From the NCBI GenBank assembly GCA_000934665.2, contig KZ538235.1, positions 1 through 64,000 of the forward strand: a DNA stretch of 64,000 bases, given 5' to 3'. Within the stretch, counting starts at the first letter, position 1, and each line of letters opens with the position of its first letter. The notes under the pieces are model-generated. The model was not told where the DNA came from, searched no databases, and saw only the letters and a program-made list of their open reading frames with translations. This document shows positions 37,026 to 50,375 of the stretch, in pieces. The translations under genes and the position numbers were made by a program. The DNA is from Catajapyx aquilonaris. Taxonomy: Eukaryota.

Positions 37026-37809
37026 TGGGTACCGTAATGCCATGTTCGAAATTAGCCGCTATTTTAAAATAACTGATATTAGCAAATAGCTCATTCCTGA
37101 TTTAACTTAACCTAAAGAGAATATTATAAAGTTAGAACCTATTTTGGGACGTGGATCTATCCCGTTCTTGTCCAAAATCCATGATTTCGTCCCAATTAGT
37201 CTAATCAAAATCTCGAAAGTCTCACTTGAGGGTGAGATGACTCTCCCCCCTTACTTTGCCACCCCGTTACGTCAAGTCGTCATCAATCATGCTAATTGTT
37301 CCCTCTGAACACGTTCGCAGCTTCGACAATTAGTCTAGCGAAGAGCACCTTCTAACTTGTCGATTGAAAAGAAGGTTTTGGAGAGAGGGAAGGTGGGGGA
37401 CATTTGCTCAGGCTTTCCTACTTGATGCCGATTCGCCGATAAATCACGTCGCCACGCCATCCCCCCCAAACGCTATTTGCCCACTACCTGTGCTTTCTCT
37501 CCTCCAATCGGCCTTGTTTGTTCAAAGGGGCTGGATTTAGAACTAGTTGGCAGTCAATTACACCAGAGTCCAAACAGTCGCTCACCTTCTGCGACTTATT
37601 GCCCTCTTGATCGCTCCTGTCGCTCCAAGGATATTGTCTAGCCTTAGATTAACTAGTGAACGTAGTACTGTCCCTCACATAGTTGGCGAACTGACATTCT
37701 CGGGATCGTACGATGCACCTACATGTGAATTTCTACGAGCGCAACCGAGTGCGCACTAACACTCGCGCAGCTCCATTGTTCTGGCAACAATGTTGCTGGA
37801 GTTTAAAAG

Positions 37810-38286
37810 AGGAAAAAAGTCTTATAGCATGGCTCTGTCTGTCTGATACCTGTCCACGGACAGACAGAGCCGTTCTATAAGACTTTTTTATCGAGTTAAA
37901 TCCAGGATTATCCCAAACGTTATTCGTTAATAGCAGTTATTTAAAAATAGCGGCTACTTTTTAGACTGTTTCGAGAAAAAAGTCCTATAGAACGGCTCTG
38001 CCTGTAGACTGGTATCAGACAGAGCCGTGCTATAAGACTTCTTCTCGAGTTAAATCCAGGATTATCCCAAACGTTATTCTTTAATAGCAGTTATCTTTAA
38101 AAATAGCCGCTACTTTTTAGACTTTTTCGAGAAAAAGTCTTATAGAAGGGCTATGTCTGTCTGTGGACAGGTATCAGACAGAGCCGTTCTATATAAACCT
38201 TTCTCTAAAAAGTCTTGAAAGTAGCGGTTATTTTTAAAATAACTGCCATTAACGAATAACGGTTGGTATAATCCTGGATTTAACTT
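37810..38286. repeat. Fold-back cluster: three hairpins made of HINE 5' ends, separated by direct and inverted spacers
   Basis: aaagtcttatag..ggctctgtctg / cagacagagccg..ctataagactt x3; the spacer agttaaatccaggattat...gctacttttt occurs twice direct and once inverted. Confidence 0.8.
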
Positions 38287-39039
38287 AATATAAGGCGTAT
38301 AGTGGGACATGCAATGGCCAATATATCATTTACACTCGTATCATCTGAGGTTCATTCGCCTTGACAACGTCGAATACGTCGGCCATTTTGTCTCCCGAAG
38401 CGTAGCGTTGGAAATAACTGCAGCGTGGTACAGCATACCAGCTAACAGTGCCAACAGTGCAGCTTGCGCGAACTGTAGTGCGCACTCGGTTGCGCTCGTA
38501 AAAAATTTATTTATAAGGTGATGCCTCACCCCGGACAAACACAGTCACTTTTTTTTTAAATAATTCCAGCACTGTTACGAATACGTGTTGCAACTCACAT
38601 AAGATGGAAATGCGATTCATAGATCAAAAAGAAGCCTCCAACGGTAAGACTTGCGTTTTTTAATGTCGATTTGTATATACTATCGCTAGGCCTGCTTCTT
38701 ATCGCGATTTTTTTTTCTCTCTCTTTGGTGGAAATAAATGCTTCAAAGGTAGAGCGAGAGATGCACTTTTAGCATTCAGGCTTGAACTATACTTGCAAGG
38801 GAGGCTCTATCCATGTGCAAGTTTTGCAAACATGGCTTTGATGGATGAGGGGCTGCCTATAGAATGGGCTTGCAAATTGCATTTACATAACAGGCCTATT
38901 TGTTCTCAGCGAAGGGTTTTTTTTTTGCGAGAAGGAACAAGGATATAAGTTGGGCATAGAAAAGAACGTTTAGCTGTTGAAAAGGATATTTTAAATATAA
39001 TAATGTTTATCTGTATTATTTTTATAAGCAAAGTTTATA

Positions 39040-39885
39040 AATATATTTTTGTTTGCCCAGGTTTAGTTGCCATGGCAACCTGTTTACACAAAAGGAAAAG
39101 GAAAAGTTTGTTAGTTTGTCTAGGTTTAGTTGCCATGGCAACCGATTTTCATGGCAACTTGTTTACAGAGCAAAAAACAAATTATACTGTACTGGATTAC
39201 TAAAAAATTGTAAAGTTTGTTCCATTGTCCAGGTTTTGTCACCATGCCAACCGGTTTCCACAGCAACAAAATATTTCTGTTCAGTCATTATAAAAGGATA
39301 AGTTTGTTCCTTTGTCCAGGTTTTGTTGCAATGGCAACCGATTTTCATGGCAACAAAATGTCTCGGAATATTGTAAAAGGCAGGATTTGTTTGTCCGTCC
39401 ACGTTTTGTCGCCATGGCAACCTGTTTCCACAGCAACAAAATTATTTTTATGGCAATAAAAGGCAAAGTTCGTCTGTTTGTCCAGGTATTGTCGCCATGG
39501 CAACCGATTTCCATGGCAACCTGTTTCCACAGCAACAGAATATCTATCTATAATATTGAAATGCTTGCGGACTTTGACCGAGCCCTCTGATTGGTCCGCC
39601 CCCGCATAAAAGGCAACGTTTGTCTGTTTGTCCATGTATTGTAGCCATGGCAAACTGTTTCCACAGCAACAGAATATGTATCTATAATATTAAAATCCTT
39701 GCGTTGTTTGTAGAAGCATTCTGATTGGTCCGCTGCATAGTTGTTACTGCCACGCTTCCGATTGGCCCCCGTCTATTGTTACCGCGAAGCGTCGATTGGC
39801 CCTCGTATTGTAATAAAAAGGCAAAATTTTCTCCTTTGTCCAGGTTTTGTTGCCACGGCAACCGATTACTATGGCAACAAAATAT
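39040..39885 (+). repeat. Tandem Helitron-5'-like units (ataaaaggcaaagtttgtctgtttgtcc) each carrying X-box-like palindromes
   Basis: GTTGCCATGGCAAC at 39066 and 39129, GTCGCCATGGCAAC at 39408 and 39491, and many GTTTCCACAGCAAC / TTTCATGGCAAC variants. Confidence 0.8.
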
Positions 39886-42800
39886 TTTTTTCCTACATTA
39901 ATTACATATTTATTGGGTTAGAATATTCAGCTATTTCCACAATTTTAACAGGATTAGACAATTATTATTATTAAATCTAATTATGGCCTTTGCTTGGACT
40001 ATGGCCTTATTGGGCTATGGTCCTATTATAGCAGCACAAGTTTTTGCCCAATTATGTTCCATAAGAATGATATCCACAGTCAATCAAAGGTCCTTGAAAC
40101 ATTGAGGCCTTCACGTGGCTGCCTCCCAAACCCGCAAGATCCGCCATTAAACTCCTCCGAAAATGTTTATAAGACTTGAGAAGAAGAAGAAAAAAGAAGA
40201 AGCTCGCTTCGGTTACACCTGAATGAGTCCCACTTTGCGGAAACTTTTGGGCACGCCACTCGCAAGTTAATTGTGGTAATAAAGTCAGATTATGGCCCCA
40301 GTAGCTTTCCCACTCTCCCCGTGTCCTTCTACCTCAGGAGTCAAATTGAAAAACATTTTCTCAGGGCAGGACCGCAATTTCTTAGAGGAGTCTCAGAGAG
40401 GGTGGGGGGAGGGGGGAAGGCGAAGCGGGGAGGAAACTAACCCTTCTACTTCCTCCCACTTTTTTTTCGAAAAATAAAAAGAAAGAAAAAAAAATCAGTG
40501 GCCCCAGGCACGTTACATAAAGCGCAAGTTTTCCACAGGAGTTTGTACAAGCCCACTGGAAAGTTTCCTGGTAACGAGGTGGGAATTTTTCAATTTCAAG
40601 CTTGTTGGGGGTGGGGGAGGGGGGGGGGGAGAAGAAGGGGAGGGGGAATAGAGGTGCTGCCCTCTGGTTTTCATTTTGTAATTATGCAGCCGACACACAA
40701 AGATGAGGTGACCCGAAAACGACCTCGACAGGAGATGACAATGAGGACACAACAATATTGGGGTGGGCCAAAACCCTAATGAGAAAAGGTAAGGTTGTTT
40801 CACTGAGGACTCGAGGACCACTTTTATTGTAAAGGTGTCGTTTAGGCAGCCTCATTAATGGGCTTCAAACGGGTATGAAATGTCCTGGTAAGATATGCCT
40901 CTCCGTGTGACATTAGCTTTATTGAAAAGTAATTATTGTTTAATAATTTAAATTAATTTTCTGAATGGGAAGTATGTTAAGCTATTTGCTATGGTTTTAA
41001 TTTTTCTCTAATTTTATTTTAATCTTAATTATTTTGCTATTAATTTTTGTGATGGATTTATTGCATTTGTTCAATTTGAGTTTTTTATTCTATTTATTTT
41101 ATCGTCTACTTTATCCTTCCACTTTCAAATAAATCATCAAATTAACTCATTAATTTTTGTATCGATTCATTTTAATTCGATTTAGTTTATTTTAAAATTA
41201 TTTCTGCATTATGAAACAAATGAAATAAAAAGATCAATTTTTGCTTTTAAATTTCATTTATTTTATGCTTTCTGCATTTGATTTTTAAATTTGATTTATT
41301 TCACACTATATTTATTTTTATAATTCACTCATATTAATATCGGTTTAATATAATTTATTTCAGTATAATTTATTTTGATATCATTCATCATCCGCCTTGA
41401 AATAATTTTAATTGTATATATTTTTACATTTAATTATTATAATGTTTATTCATTTTTGCATTGCAATCATTTGTTATTTGCTGTATTGATGACTTAATTA
41501 TTTTTTGCTGTTCAAAAATAATGTTGACATTTTAAATATGCGGTCTGAGCCAGGCCTAGGAGATGGAAGTGTCATAGGTTGTCTCTCTATCATAGTAGTG
41601 TAATGGACATTAAAATTAATAATAATTACATCTGTAACGAGTGTGACCAAGTGACATTATTTGACAATTTCTGTACAGTACTCATCGTTGCATGCCTTCA
41701 TTTCGCTTGGAATTAGTTAACTAAGTTAATTACTAGTTAACTATTAATTCCGTGTTCAATTGCCTCCCATGTGTATTGCATCATTGCTGCAAAATCTTTT
41801 TTCGAACAGAAATTTCTAGCCCGATTAGTGATTAATATTTTAATAAATGTTGATGCAACATATTCGCGAATATTGGTTGCCGGGGATTAGCTGTTTTATG
41901 CAGTTTGGCGAGTACCGACAACGAACCCCGGGTTTTGCAAAATTATGCTAACCGTTTCAAGGGTCATACCGCTGCTCTGAAATTTGCATGTTGGCTATTC
42001 ATTTCGCAATCTGTAATCATCAAACATATTGTTATCGGCACGATTGGCCATGCGCATTTATTTTATGAATTTTGCAACAGAGTCCGCCAAACTGCTAGTT
42101 ATTTTTAAGTTTAATTTTAATTAAAAAATTTACAACACCTTTACAATCATAATTATGTAGAATTTCGTCTGTGCCTCTGTGCGCCGGAGTCATCACTTAG
42201 GTAGTATCCCCGTATGACCCTGAGAGTGGCAAATATTTCTGTGAAAAATATGGTACTACACGTCCAATCTTTCGTAACTGCTAGTTGTTTTTAATATTTA
42301 AATTTAATTTAAAATGTTTAAATTCTTTTATAATCATATAGTTGGTGTCTGTGCCTCTGTTTGTCCAGAGCATGGCAAGCGCGCCATCTATACCGAAGGG
42401 TGTGGTACTACTTGCCTAAACTTCCCAAACCAACAATATTCTCTCCAACGAGACCTGTAAAATCAAACATCAGCTATTTGAATCACAACCAAACCCTGTT
42501 TATGCTCCATTAAACATGTCATGCTGTTGTGCCAAAATTATGATGGATTGCAAAAACTAATTGTTGTTGTTTTTTAAATTCCACAAATGATATAACTATA
42601 CACCTCCCTTTTTTTAAAAATAAACATTTTGTGTCCTAGTTACACCCCCATCTCTAAAAGCCATGATTATTCAAAGCTTGTTATTATTCCGAGGGACTCA
42701 ATGAATCCTAACGAACCCGTTAAATTCTGAGGCCATTGTAGTTTTGGGTTGCTGCTCTCTCAAGAACCGTGGCTTGCCGTGTTTGGGGCTCTGATTATTG

Positions 42801-43169
42801 GTTCTGCGGATTGCGTACCACCAACCCCCTCCCTACCATGCTGATGCTAATGGCGAATCCTTGTGCAAACATTACCGTAATTACTCTTTCAAGGCAATGT
42901 CATCCAAATGCGATTCTGATCATTCATCATGCCCCCTGTCCCCCCTATGCCATGACCTAGATCTAACGATAAACTGGTAGAGGGCACATTCTGCTAACCC
43001 CCACAATATTTTTTTTTTAAATGTGCCTCTGTTTGTTCATAGCGCCATCTATGTGAGGTGCCTGGCTGGTTTCTGGTCTCTAGAAGCACCCTCTCTCGTC
43101 TAATTGGGTCGGTTTCCGGAGAAGGGAAATGAAGTTCCGTAATATACAGCATGGGGCTCGGCCAGCTTG

Positions 43170-43172
<3 letters not shown>

Positions 43173-43204
<32 letters not shown>
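43173..43204. repeat. (AG)16 microsatellite
   Basis: Direct inspection. Confidence 0.9.
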
Positions 43205-43206
<2 letters not shown>

Positions 43207-43753
43207 TCTACCTCTGTTGGATTCAAGACTTTACTCCCCCACCACCACCAACTTATCCCCTCGTCCTACCCCCACAACGAACTTGATCTCGCTCCTGTAA
43301 TTAACGCGCTCTCTAGCAATCGATCTTGAAGGAAATTTCCAGGCCCATGAAGCACCTCTGTGGAGCCTCCAATGACTGGAATCACCGCTAGGCCTAAGCT
43401 CACCACTGAAGAAAAAAAAATGGCGGCTCCCAAAAATCTCGGGGAAAGTTCCGGATCAAAGGACCGCTGAACTCGAACAAAAAAAATGCGGAAGTTTGGT
43501 GTGGTATGACGGTAGATGCATCTGGTGCAAGTTGCAGCGTCGTAAATTTTACTTCGGAGTAACTTACTCCGGTCTATATTACACCGCTGAGGGCCAATCA
43601 CGACATAATTATTAGGAAAGGATGGCTGGTTTCAGTAGAAAGATCTGAAGCAACTAAAATAAACGAGGAATAGCAATTTTAGTGGTTATTAAATAATTAA
43701 TAATTACGCCGTATTTAATTTATGCAACTTATTAAAATAAGTCATCGAAGAAA

Positions 43754-44380
43754 AATAGTTATCAAATAATATTCATTGAGTGAATGAGTCATTAGGTGAA
43801 TAATAGTTATCAAATAATATTTATTGAATGAGTCACTAGGTGAATAATAGTTATCAAATAATATTCATTGAATGAATGAGTCATTAGGTGAATAATAGTT
43901 ATCAAATAATATTCATTGAATGAATGAGTCATTAGGTGAATAATAGTTACTAACTGAATAGTTATTAACTGAATAATGATTATTAAATAGTTACTGGATG
44001 AACAGATATAAATAAATATAAATAAAACAGTTGATAACAGTTAATAACAGTTGATGATAGAATATGGAAATAGATGATAGAAATAAATAATTGCTACATG
44101 TAGTAATAAGCAAAAGTTAGCAATAAGTAATGGTTAATTATAAATAATACGGTACTATTAGGTGGAAATAATATTAGTTGGAAATAATATTAGTTAGAAA
44201 TCATATCAGGCAGAAACAATATTAGTTGGAAATAATATCAGGCAGAAATAATATTAGTTGGAGATAATATTTTGTGGAAATAATATTTTGTGGAAATAAT
44301 ATTTTGAGGTAATAATATTTTGAGGTAATAATATTTTGAGGAAATAATATTTTGTGGAAATATAATACTAGTTGGAAATG
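43754..44380. repeat. AT-rich minisatellites (~51-bp aatagttatcaaataatattcattgaatgaatgagtcattaggtg; ~16-17-bp gaaataatattttgtg)
   Basis: Four copies of the first at about 43754-43950; many copies of the second at about 44164-44370. Confidence 0.8.
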
Positions 44381-45134
44381 ATATAAGTTAGCAATAATTT
44401 AATAACTGGTTTCATAGTTCAAAAATATTAGAATTTGCCAATTTTAGGCAGAACTCAAACCAATGTGCTTAATTGACAGTCAGTTTTTGACCATAGCGTT
44501 TAACGTGCAATCTGCAGATGGCTCTATTTTACTCCGGGTTGAAGTTACGACCGTAAATCAACTGGCGTAAAAAACAGCGGGGGCGATAATCACCTGGAAT
44601 TCCCCTGGAGAAATCGATCACCGGACAACATCACTGGAGGAAAAAAAACAAAACGTCTCGATTGTTCACCCCACCTACCTACCCATCGGCACGCGCTTCA
44701 AAAATGGCCCACCCCTCCATAAAGGTGTGACGTGCCAAATGGAAACGGATGGGAGGATAATTAACCAGTAATTAAGATTGACTGGCAGGGCCCCAGTTGC
44801 TGTCTTCGAAATGGTATTAATTGTTGTTTGATGGCGACAATGCCATGGATGGGGGGGAGAAAAAAAAAGTATATCGTTTGGTTGCGGGAGACAGGTACTC
44901 AGAGGTTCAAAAAATCGTTATCGGTTATTTATAAAGCCGCGGTAAAGTTATATCAATCAACGTTATCAGGCGAAGAAGCAAAAAGTCATTATCTGTCACT
45001 CGCTATAAACACCGGATGGAAAACGTGGTTCAAACCCTAATTATGACGGACAAAAACTGACGGCCTCAGATTTAGGGCGTGAACGCACAAGTTAGACCAG
45101 CCGTTTATGCCATAACTGTGAATCAGTACTTGAA

Positions 45135-45960
45135 AGGGTCAGTTAACTTAAAATGCAAGCTAACCGCAGTTTAAAGCTTAACCAGCAGGTTAGCCTAAAC
45201 AGCCGGTAGCATGAATAGCTGGTTAGCTTAAACAGCTGGTTAACCTAAACTGCATGTTACAGCCAGGTAGCTTAAAACAGCCAGTTGGTTAAACAGATGG
45301 TTAGTAAAACAGCAGATTAGCCTAAACAACCTGCTAGCTTACACAGCTTGTTAGATTAAAAGGCTGGTTAACTTAAACTGCCTGCTGCAGCCAGATAGCT
45401 TAACCAGCCAGCTAGTAAAACAGGAGGTAAGCCTAAACAGTTGGTCAGCTTATACAGCGGGTTAGCTTAGACAACCGGTTAGATTAAACGGCTGGTAACT
45501 TAAACTCATTGTTACAGATAGGTAACTTAAACAGCCAGTTAAACAGCTGGTTAATAAAACAGCAGGTAAGCCTAAGAGCCGGTTAGCTTAAACAACCTGT
45601 TAAGTTAAACGGCGGGTTAATTCAAACTGCCGTGTGACAGGTAGGTAGCTTAAACAGCCAGTTAGTTAAACAGCTGGTTAGAAAAACAGCTAGTTAGTTA
45701 AACAGCTGGTTAGTTACACAGCTGGTTAGTAAAACAGCTAGTTAGTTAAACAGCTGGTTAGTAAAACAGCGAGTTAGTTAAACAGCTGGTTAGTTAAACC
45801 GCTGTTTAGTAAAACAGATGGTTAGCTTAGACTCCCTGTTACAGCCAGGTAGCTTAAACAGCCAGTTCGTAAAATAGCATGTAAGCCTAAACATATGGTT
45901 AACTTAAACAACCAGTTAGATTAAACGACTGGTTAACTTAAACTGCCTGTTACATTGGTT
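45135..45960. repeat. Degenerate ~15-bp satellite (aaacagctggttagt)
   Basis: Dozens of taaacagc.ggttag variants. Confidence 0.85.
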
Positions 45961-45966
45961 GGCTTA

Positions 45967-46093
45967 TGGCCGGTTTCACCGAGCCCGGTTTTGATAAAAA
46001 CCCCGAATCATTTGGAAAATCCCTATTCTATTTGCAGGGATTTTCCGAAAGAACGGGGGTTTTTATCAAAACCGGGCTCGGTGAAACCGGTCC
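45967..46093. mobile_element. 127-bp PIF/Harbinger (Tourist-like) MITE
   Basis: Near-perfect hairpin ccggtttcaccgagcccggttttgataaaaacccc / ggggtttttatcaaaaccgggctcggtgaaaccgg; 3-bp TTA duplication at 45964-45966 and 46094-46096. Confidence 0.82.
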
Positions 46094-46959
46094 TTAACCG
46101 GGTATCTGTATAAACATATTTTCCCCTATATTCCCCCATACAATCCCGTATTCCTGTTGATCCTGCCAGTTATACTTCCAGTTGTACTAGGGTGCGGTTG
46201 CATACTGACCAGGATGAACTTCTAGTTTACGATACACGCCATCTACCGGACTAATATAAGATCCAATGTTGCCCAACCTTGCGCAGTCCCGTGGGGTTCA
46301 AATGTACCCCCCAAACTTTCCATCTCCCAGTGTGGGCAGCCTGTGTATTCAAGTGGAGGGAAATTCATCCTGCGGGGAGGCTAGGGGAAGGCGGGGAGGG
46401 TTGATAGCCAGTTGGCAGGTATGGATGTTGAGCGGCGCCTTTCATTAATTGGCGGCGCTCATCCCGTGGGTCCCATAAAAGCCAGGAACCCTATAGGGTT
46501 GTAAAGCAGTTAGACCACTCTGCATAATAGGAACTGGCCTGCTCGGGGGGTGCATTAGACTTTCTGCTTGCTTTTCCCGGGGTCGGCCGAGCGGTAAAAG
46601 CGTCACGGCAAAGGGCACTTGAACGCCTTCGCCGGAGGATAATGTGGACTCGCATAACCCCGGATTATCGGTCTCAAGTTGGGAGTTAAGACTCTATAAA
46701 TTATTTCACGGTTAAAACAAGAGAGGCGCAAGTACCGTTGCGGTTAAGGGGCTTTGGAGTTGGGATACCTTTACAGGCGTCGCTCGTATCGGACTCGATT
46801 ATACTGGAGGATGGGAACCGGGGACACGCAAAACCGGAGACACGGCGGAAGTGGCCCCAGTTGCCTCCTTGCCGCAGACCGAATCACTACTCATCAACCC
46901 GGGTCGAGTTTCCGGGACCCACTACTTATTTACATCCAATTATGCGACGGGGGTTGTAA

Positions 46960-47680
46960 AAAATACGAGAGAAGCCAATCGGCATGGGGGACGATGGTAT
47001 CGATCGGTTGGGATCAGCTAGGAGTATCGATACTGCTATTTTAGTGAGTTACGATAACCGTAGCGATTAAGTAGTCAGGTCATACTTAGCCTCCCACTTC
47101 ACAAGTCGTGAAGAAGAGGCTTTTTGAGCTTCGGGTCTGCTATCTTGATAGGTATATATCGACCAGTAGGTATCGGCTGAGGAGTATTAATACTGCTATT
47201 TTTAGTGAGTTGCTGTAGCGATGAATTAGTCAGATCGTATTGCCCATCATGCATTATACGATTCTAAAATATCTTAAAAATCGGGGGAGAAGCCAATCGG
47301 CATGGGGACTATGGTATCGACCAGTAGGTATCGGATATGAGTATCCATTCTGATATTTTAGGGAGTCACGATAACTATAGTGATGAAGTAGTCAGATCGT
47401 ATTGCACTTGATGCCTTATATTCTAAAATGTTATCTTAAAAATCGGGGGAGAATCCAATCAGCATCAGTAGCCTACTATAGAATCGACCAGGAATTATCG
47501 GCTGAGTAGCATTGATACTACTGATTTTAGTGAGTTAAAATAACTGTAGCGATGAAGTAGTATGATCGTATTGCACTTCAGCCCTTTATCATAAAAATCG
47601 GGGAAGAAGTCAATCGCAGCATCGATACCTATTGAGACGATGGTATCGACCAGTGAGTTACAATAACTGTAGCTCTGAAG
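46960..47680. repeat. ~160-bp tandem repeat, 4-5 diverged copies
   Basis: Recurring gaagccaatcggcat...tggtatcgacc...ttttagtgagtt...gtagcgatgaagtagtcagatcgtattg. Confidence 0.8.
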
Positions 47681-48419
47681 TGAAATTAGCCTCCAAGAGA
47701 GGTGATACTCCCTCTGCATCAAGTGTCACAGCCTCTCCTGGAGACTAATATTGGAACTATTCTTCAGGTCTGCTACCTTACTCCTTTCCACGACAGTACG
47801 CCTGCTTATCCTTTGAAGTTGGGCCAGGCTTGCCAGACCAATCCATATCAAAAAATCCTATGTTCCTTCAATGGCGCCTTACTTATGCAACATGATCTTG
47901 TTAACACCCGATTCGCGTATTCAAAGTCCCTCTTTGCGAATAAATGATCCAGCCCTTTTCTTTTTCGATTTGGATCGATCCTAAGCGTCGGCTTGCAATC
48001 AAAGTGCGAGCTACGCGTGATTGAAGCCGTCAATAAGACCTGGAGGGAATAAAGGACAGACCTAAGGTCTCCACTCGCTTTATTTCTGCCTGTCAATTCT
48101 CAGGTTCGCAAGAGAGAGAGAGAGAAAAAAGCAAGTTCTGATGATCGCTCGTTTTCTTTTTGGGCAATCCACCCACCCACCCACCGGAGCGAGTGACATT
48201 TTGACACCTCCAGTCTGAATGGCTTTGAAGATATCAACTCCCCCATTTTGATGTTCGAACCTGCACAAACTAAGTGGCGATACTTGCTTAACGAGTTATA
48301 CATGATGATTTTAGGGATTACAAAAAAGTATCAGCTATATTATAGGTTTGAGAAACGACTCAAACCGCCTTGTGTTAGCAGCTATGCTCATCTAGGGTAG
48401 CTGTAATATGAATTTAAAT

Positions 48420-48950
48420 AACTAATAAATAAAATACCTCATGAAAGAGCCTGATAAATAACTAATAAAACAGCCTATAAAATAATAACTACCAAAATAA
48501 CTGATAAATAAAATAATAATTATCTGTAGCTTATTTGTTATTTCATTTATCAGTTATTTTATAAAATAACTGATAAACTTATGAACAAATGATAAATAAA
48601 GTAGCTGAAACAACTGATATAAATAGCTGATAAATTCATACAAAATAACTGATATACGACTGAGATAAAATAACCGCTATAAAAATGTATAGCCTTGTAT
48701 ATCAGTTATTTATATCAGTTTTATATCAGTTATTTTATATCAGTTTTATATCAGTTATTAAATAACTGATATACAACTGATATGAAATAACTGATATACA
48801 ACTGATATGAAATAACTGATATGCAACTGATATAAAATAACTGATATACAACTGATATGAAATAACTGATATGCAACTGATATAAAATAACTGATATACA
48901 ACTGATATAAAATAACTGAGAAACAGATGATAAAAAATAACTGACAAATA
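48420..48950. repeat. aactgatat-based minisatellite (25-bp unit) with an inverted block at about 48698-48760
   Basis: aaataactgatatacaactgatatg units and the complementary tatatcagttatt units. Confidence 0.8.
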
Positions 48951-50375
48951 AAATTACATAGTAGCAACTAAAGTACATAATTTTAAGCAACAGCCAAAGT
49001 AGCTCATTTTCGTCACTGTTTTCAGGATGGAGTTTCCACCTTTCCTTTTGTTGCGTCGATTTTGGTAGTCCTGCTGGGGGTCGGTTATGAAAATTGCTCA
49101 CAGCCAAAGCCAGCAATCAATGATTATTGCTGCTAATGTTAAATAATTTATGAACACACGGGGAGGAACCTTGAGGGATGATTAAGGAGATATTCGTTCG
49201 TGTTGCTAGGGATTTCGCAGGGTGGGGGATTGGGGGGGGGGGGAGCTACTCTTCAATAATGATAATCGTTAAACCATCCATTTTCAGTCCTGAGCCCCAT
49301 TTTTTTTGGAAACGCGAGATACAGACCTGTATCTCGCGGGTGTTTCACCTGGTAGTTCCTTGGTAAACACGGAAGATTTCATATAGGCCTACTAGCAATC
49401 ATCTACTACCAATTTCACCTACAGTTCTGTACTAGCAGTTCTCACTAACAGCAGTTTAGTAGCAACCCTTAGAAGCAGTGATTTCCTAACGGTTCTCACT
49501 AGGAGTTATTACTAGCAGAGGTTTGACTACTATGCTGATCTCTATTAAGGGCAGGTAGGTGCAAACCAGAAGTGTGTTAATTAAGCGTAAGATAAGCGCA
49601 ATATGTGCCCCCGCATGTTAGAGTATCCAGTGGCAAACGGCCTCCAATCTAGACCTCTAATCATTCATGACTCCTCCCCTGTAATCATCCCCCTAACGCT
49701 TATTCCCCCTCCCCTGTAATCGACTAGTGCCAAGTACTTTGGCTCTCACCTCAACAAGCCCTGGCTTAAGCATCAGCCCTTTTGGCCTCCTCCTCCTCCC
49801 CCCTCCCCCATCTCTCCTTCCCCCACCTACTATCGCGCCATCTGGAACTTTGTGGCAACCGGGCTTCCCCCTTCCGGCCGGGCAAATATTGCCACGAGTG
49901 CCCCTGTTCACATGGAGTGAGTGCACTGAATGTCAACACACCACTTTGCGGCTCAACAGGCGAATCAACACGGCCGAATCTCTCTTAGGCTGGAAGGGGT
50001 AGCCAGATATCTCAAAAAAAAAACGGGTTTGGTTACAGTGTCCCACGTTAGAGGGCTCTGCTGTAAGCTCTCCCTGCCATCTTCCGGGAGCTGCAGGCAA
50101 CACGAGTTAGGTTCTGACATGTTACATGCAAATGGTCACTTCCATATCAATTTGTGGCTGAGTTCTCTAAAACATCCGAATAATTTAGCAGCCCTTAGCT
50201 GTTCTTAGTGGTACTTCTTAAGTAGCACTTTCAATAGTAGGCCCTACTTGTGCTACTTCTAACTACCCTTAAGAAGTACTGATAATAACTAGTTTTAGTA
50301 AGTACCGTACTGCTAGTGAATATCATATTAATGGGAACTGATAATAAACACTTTAGGACACTATAACTAGTAGGA

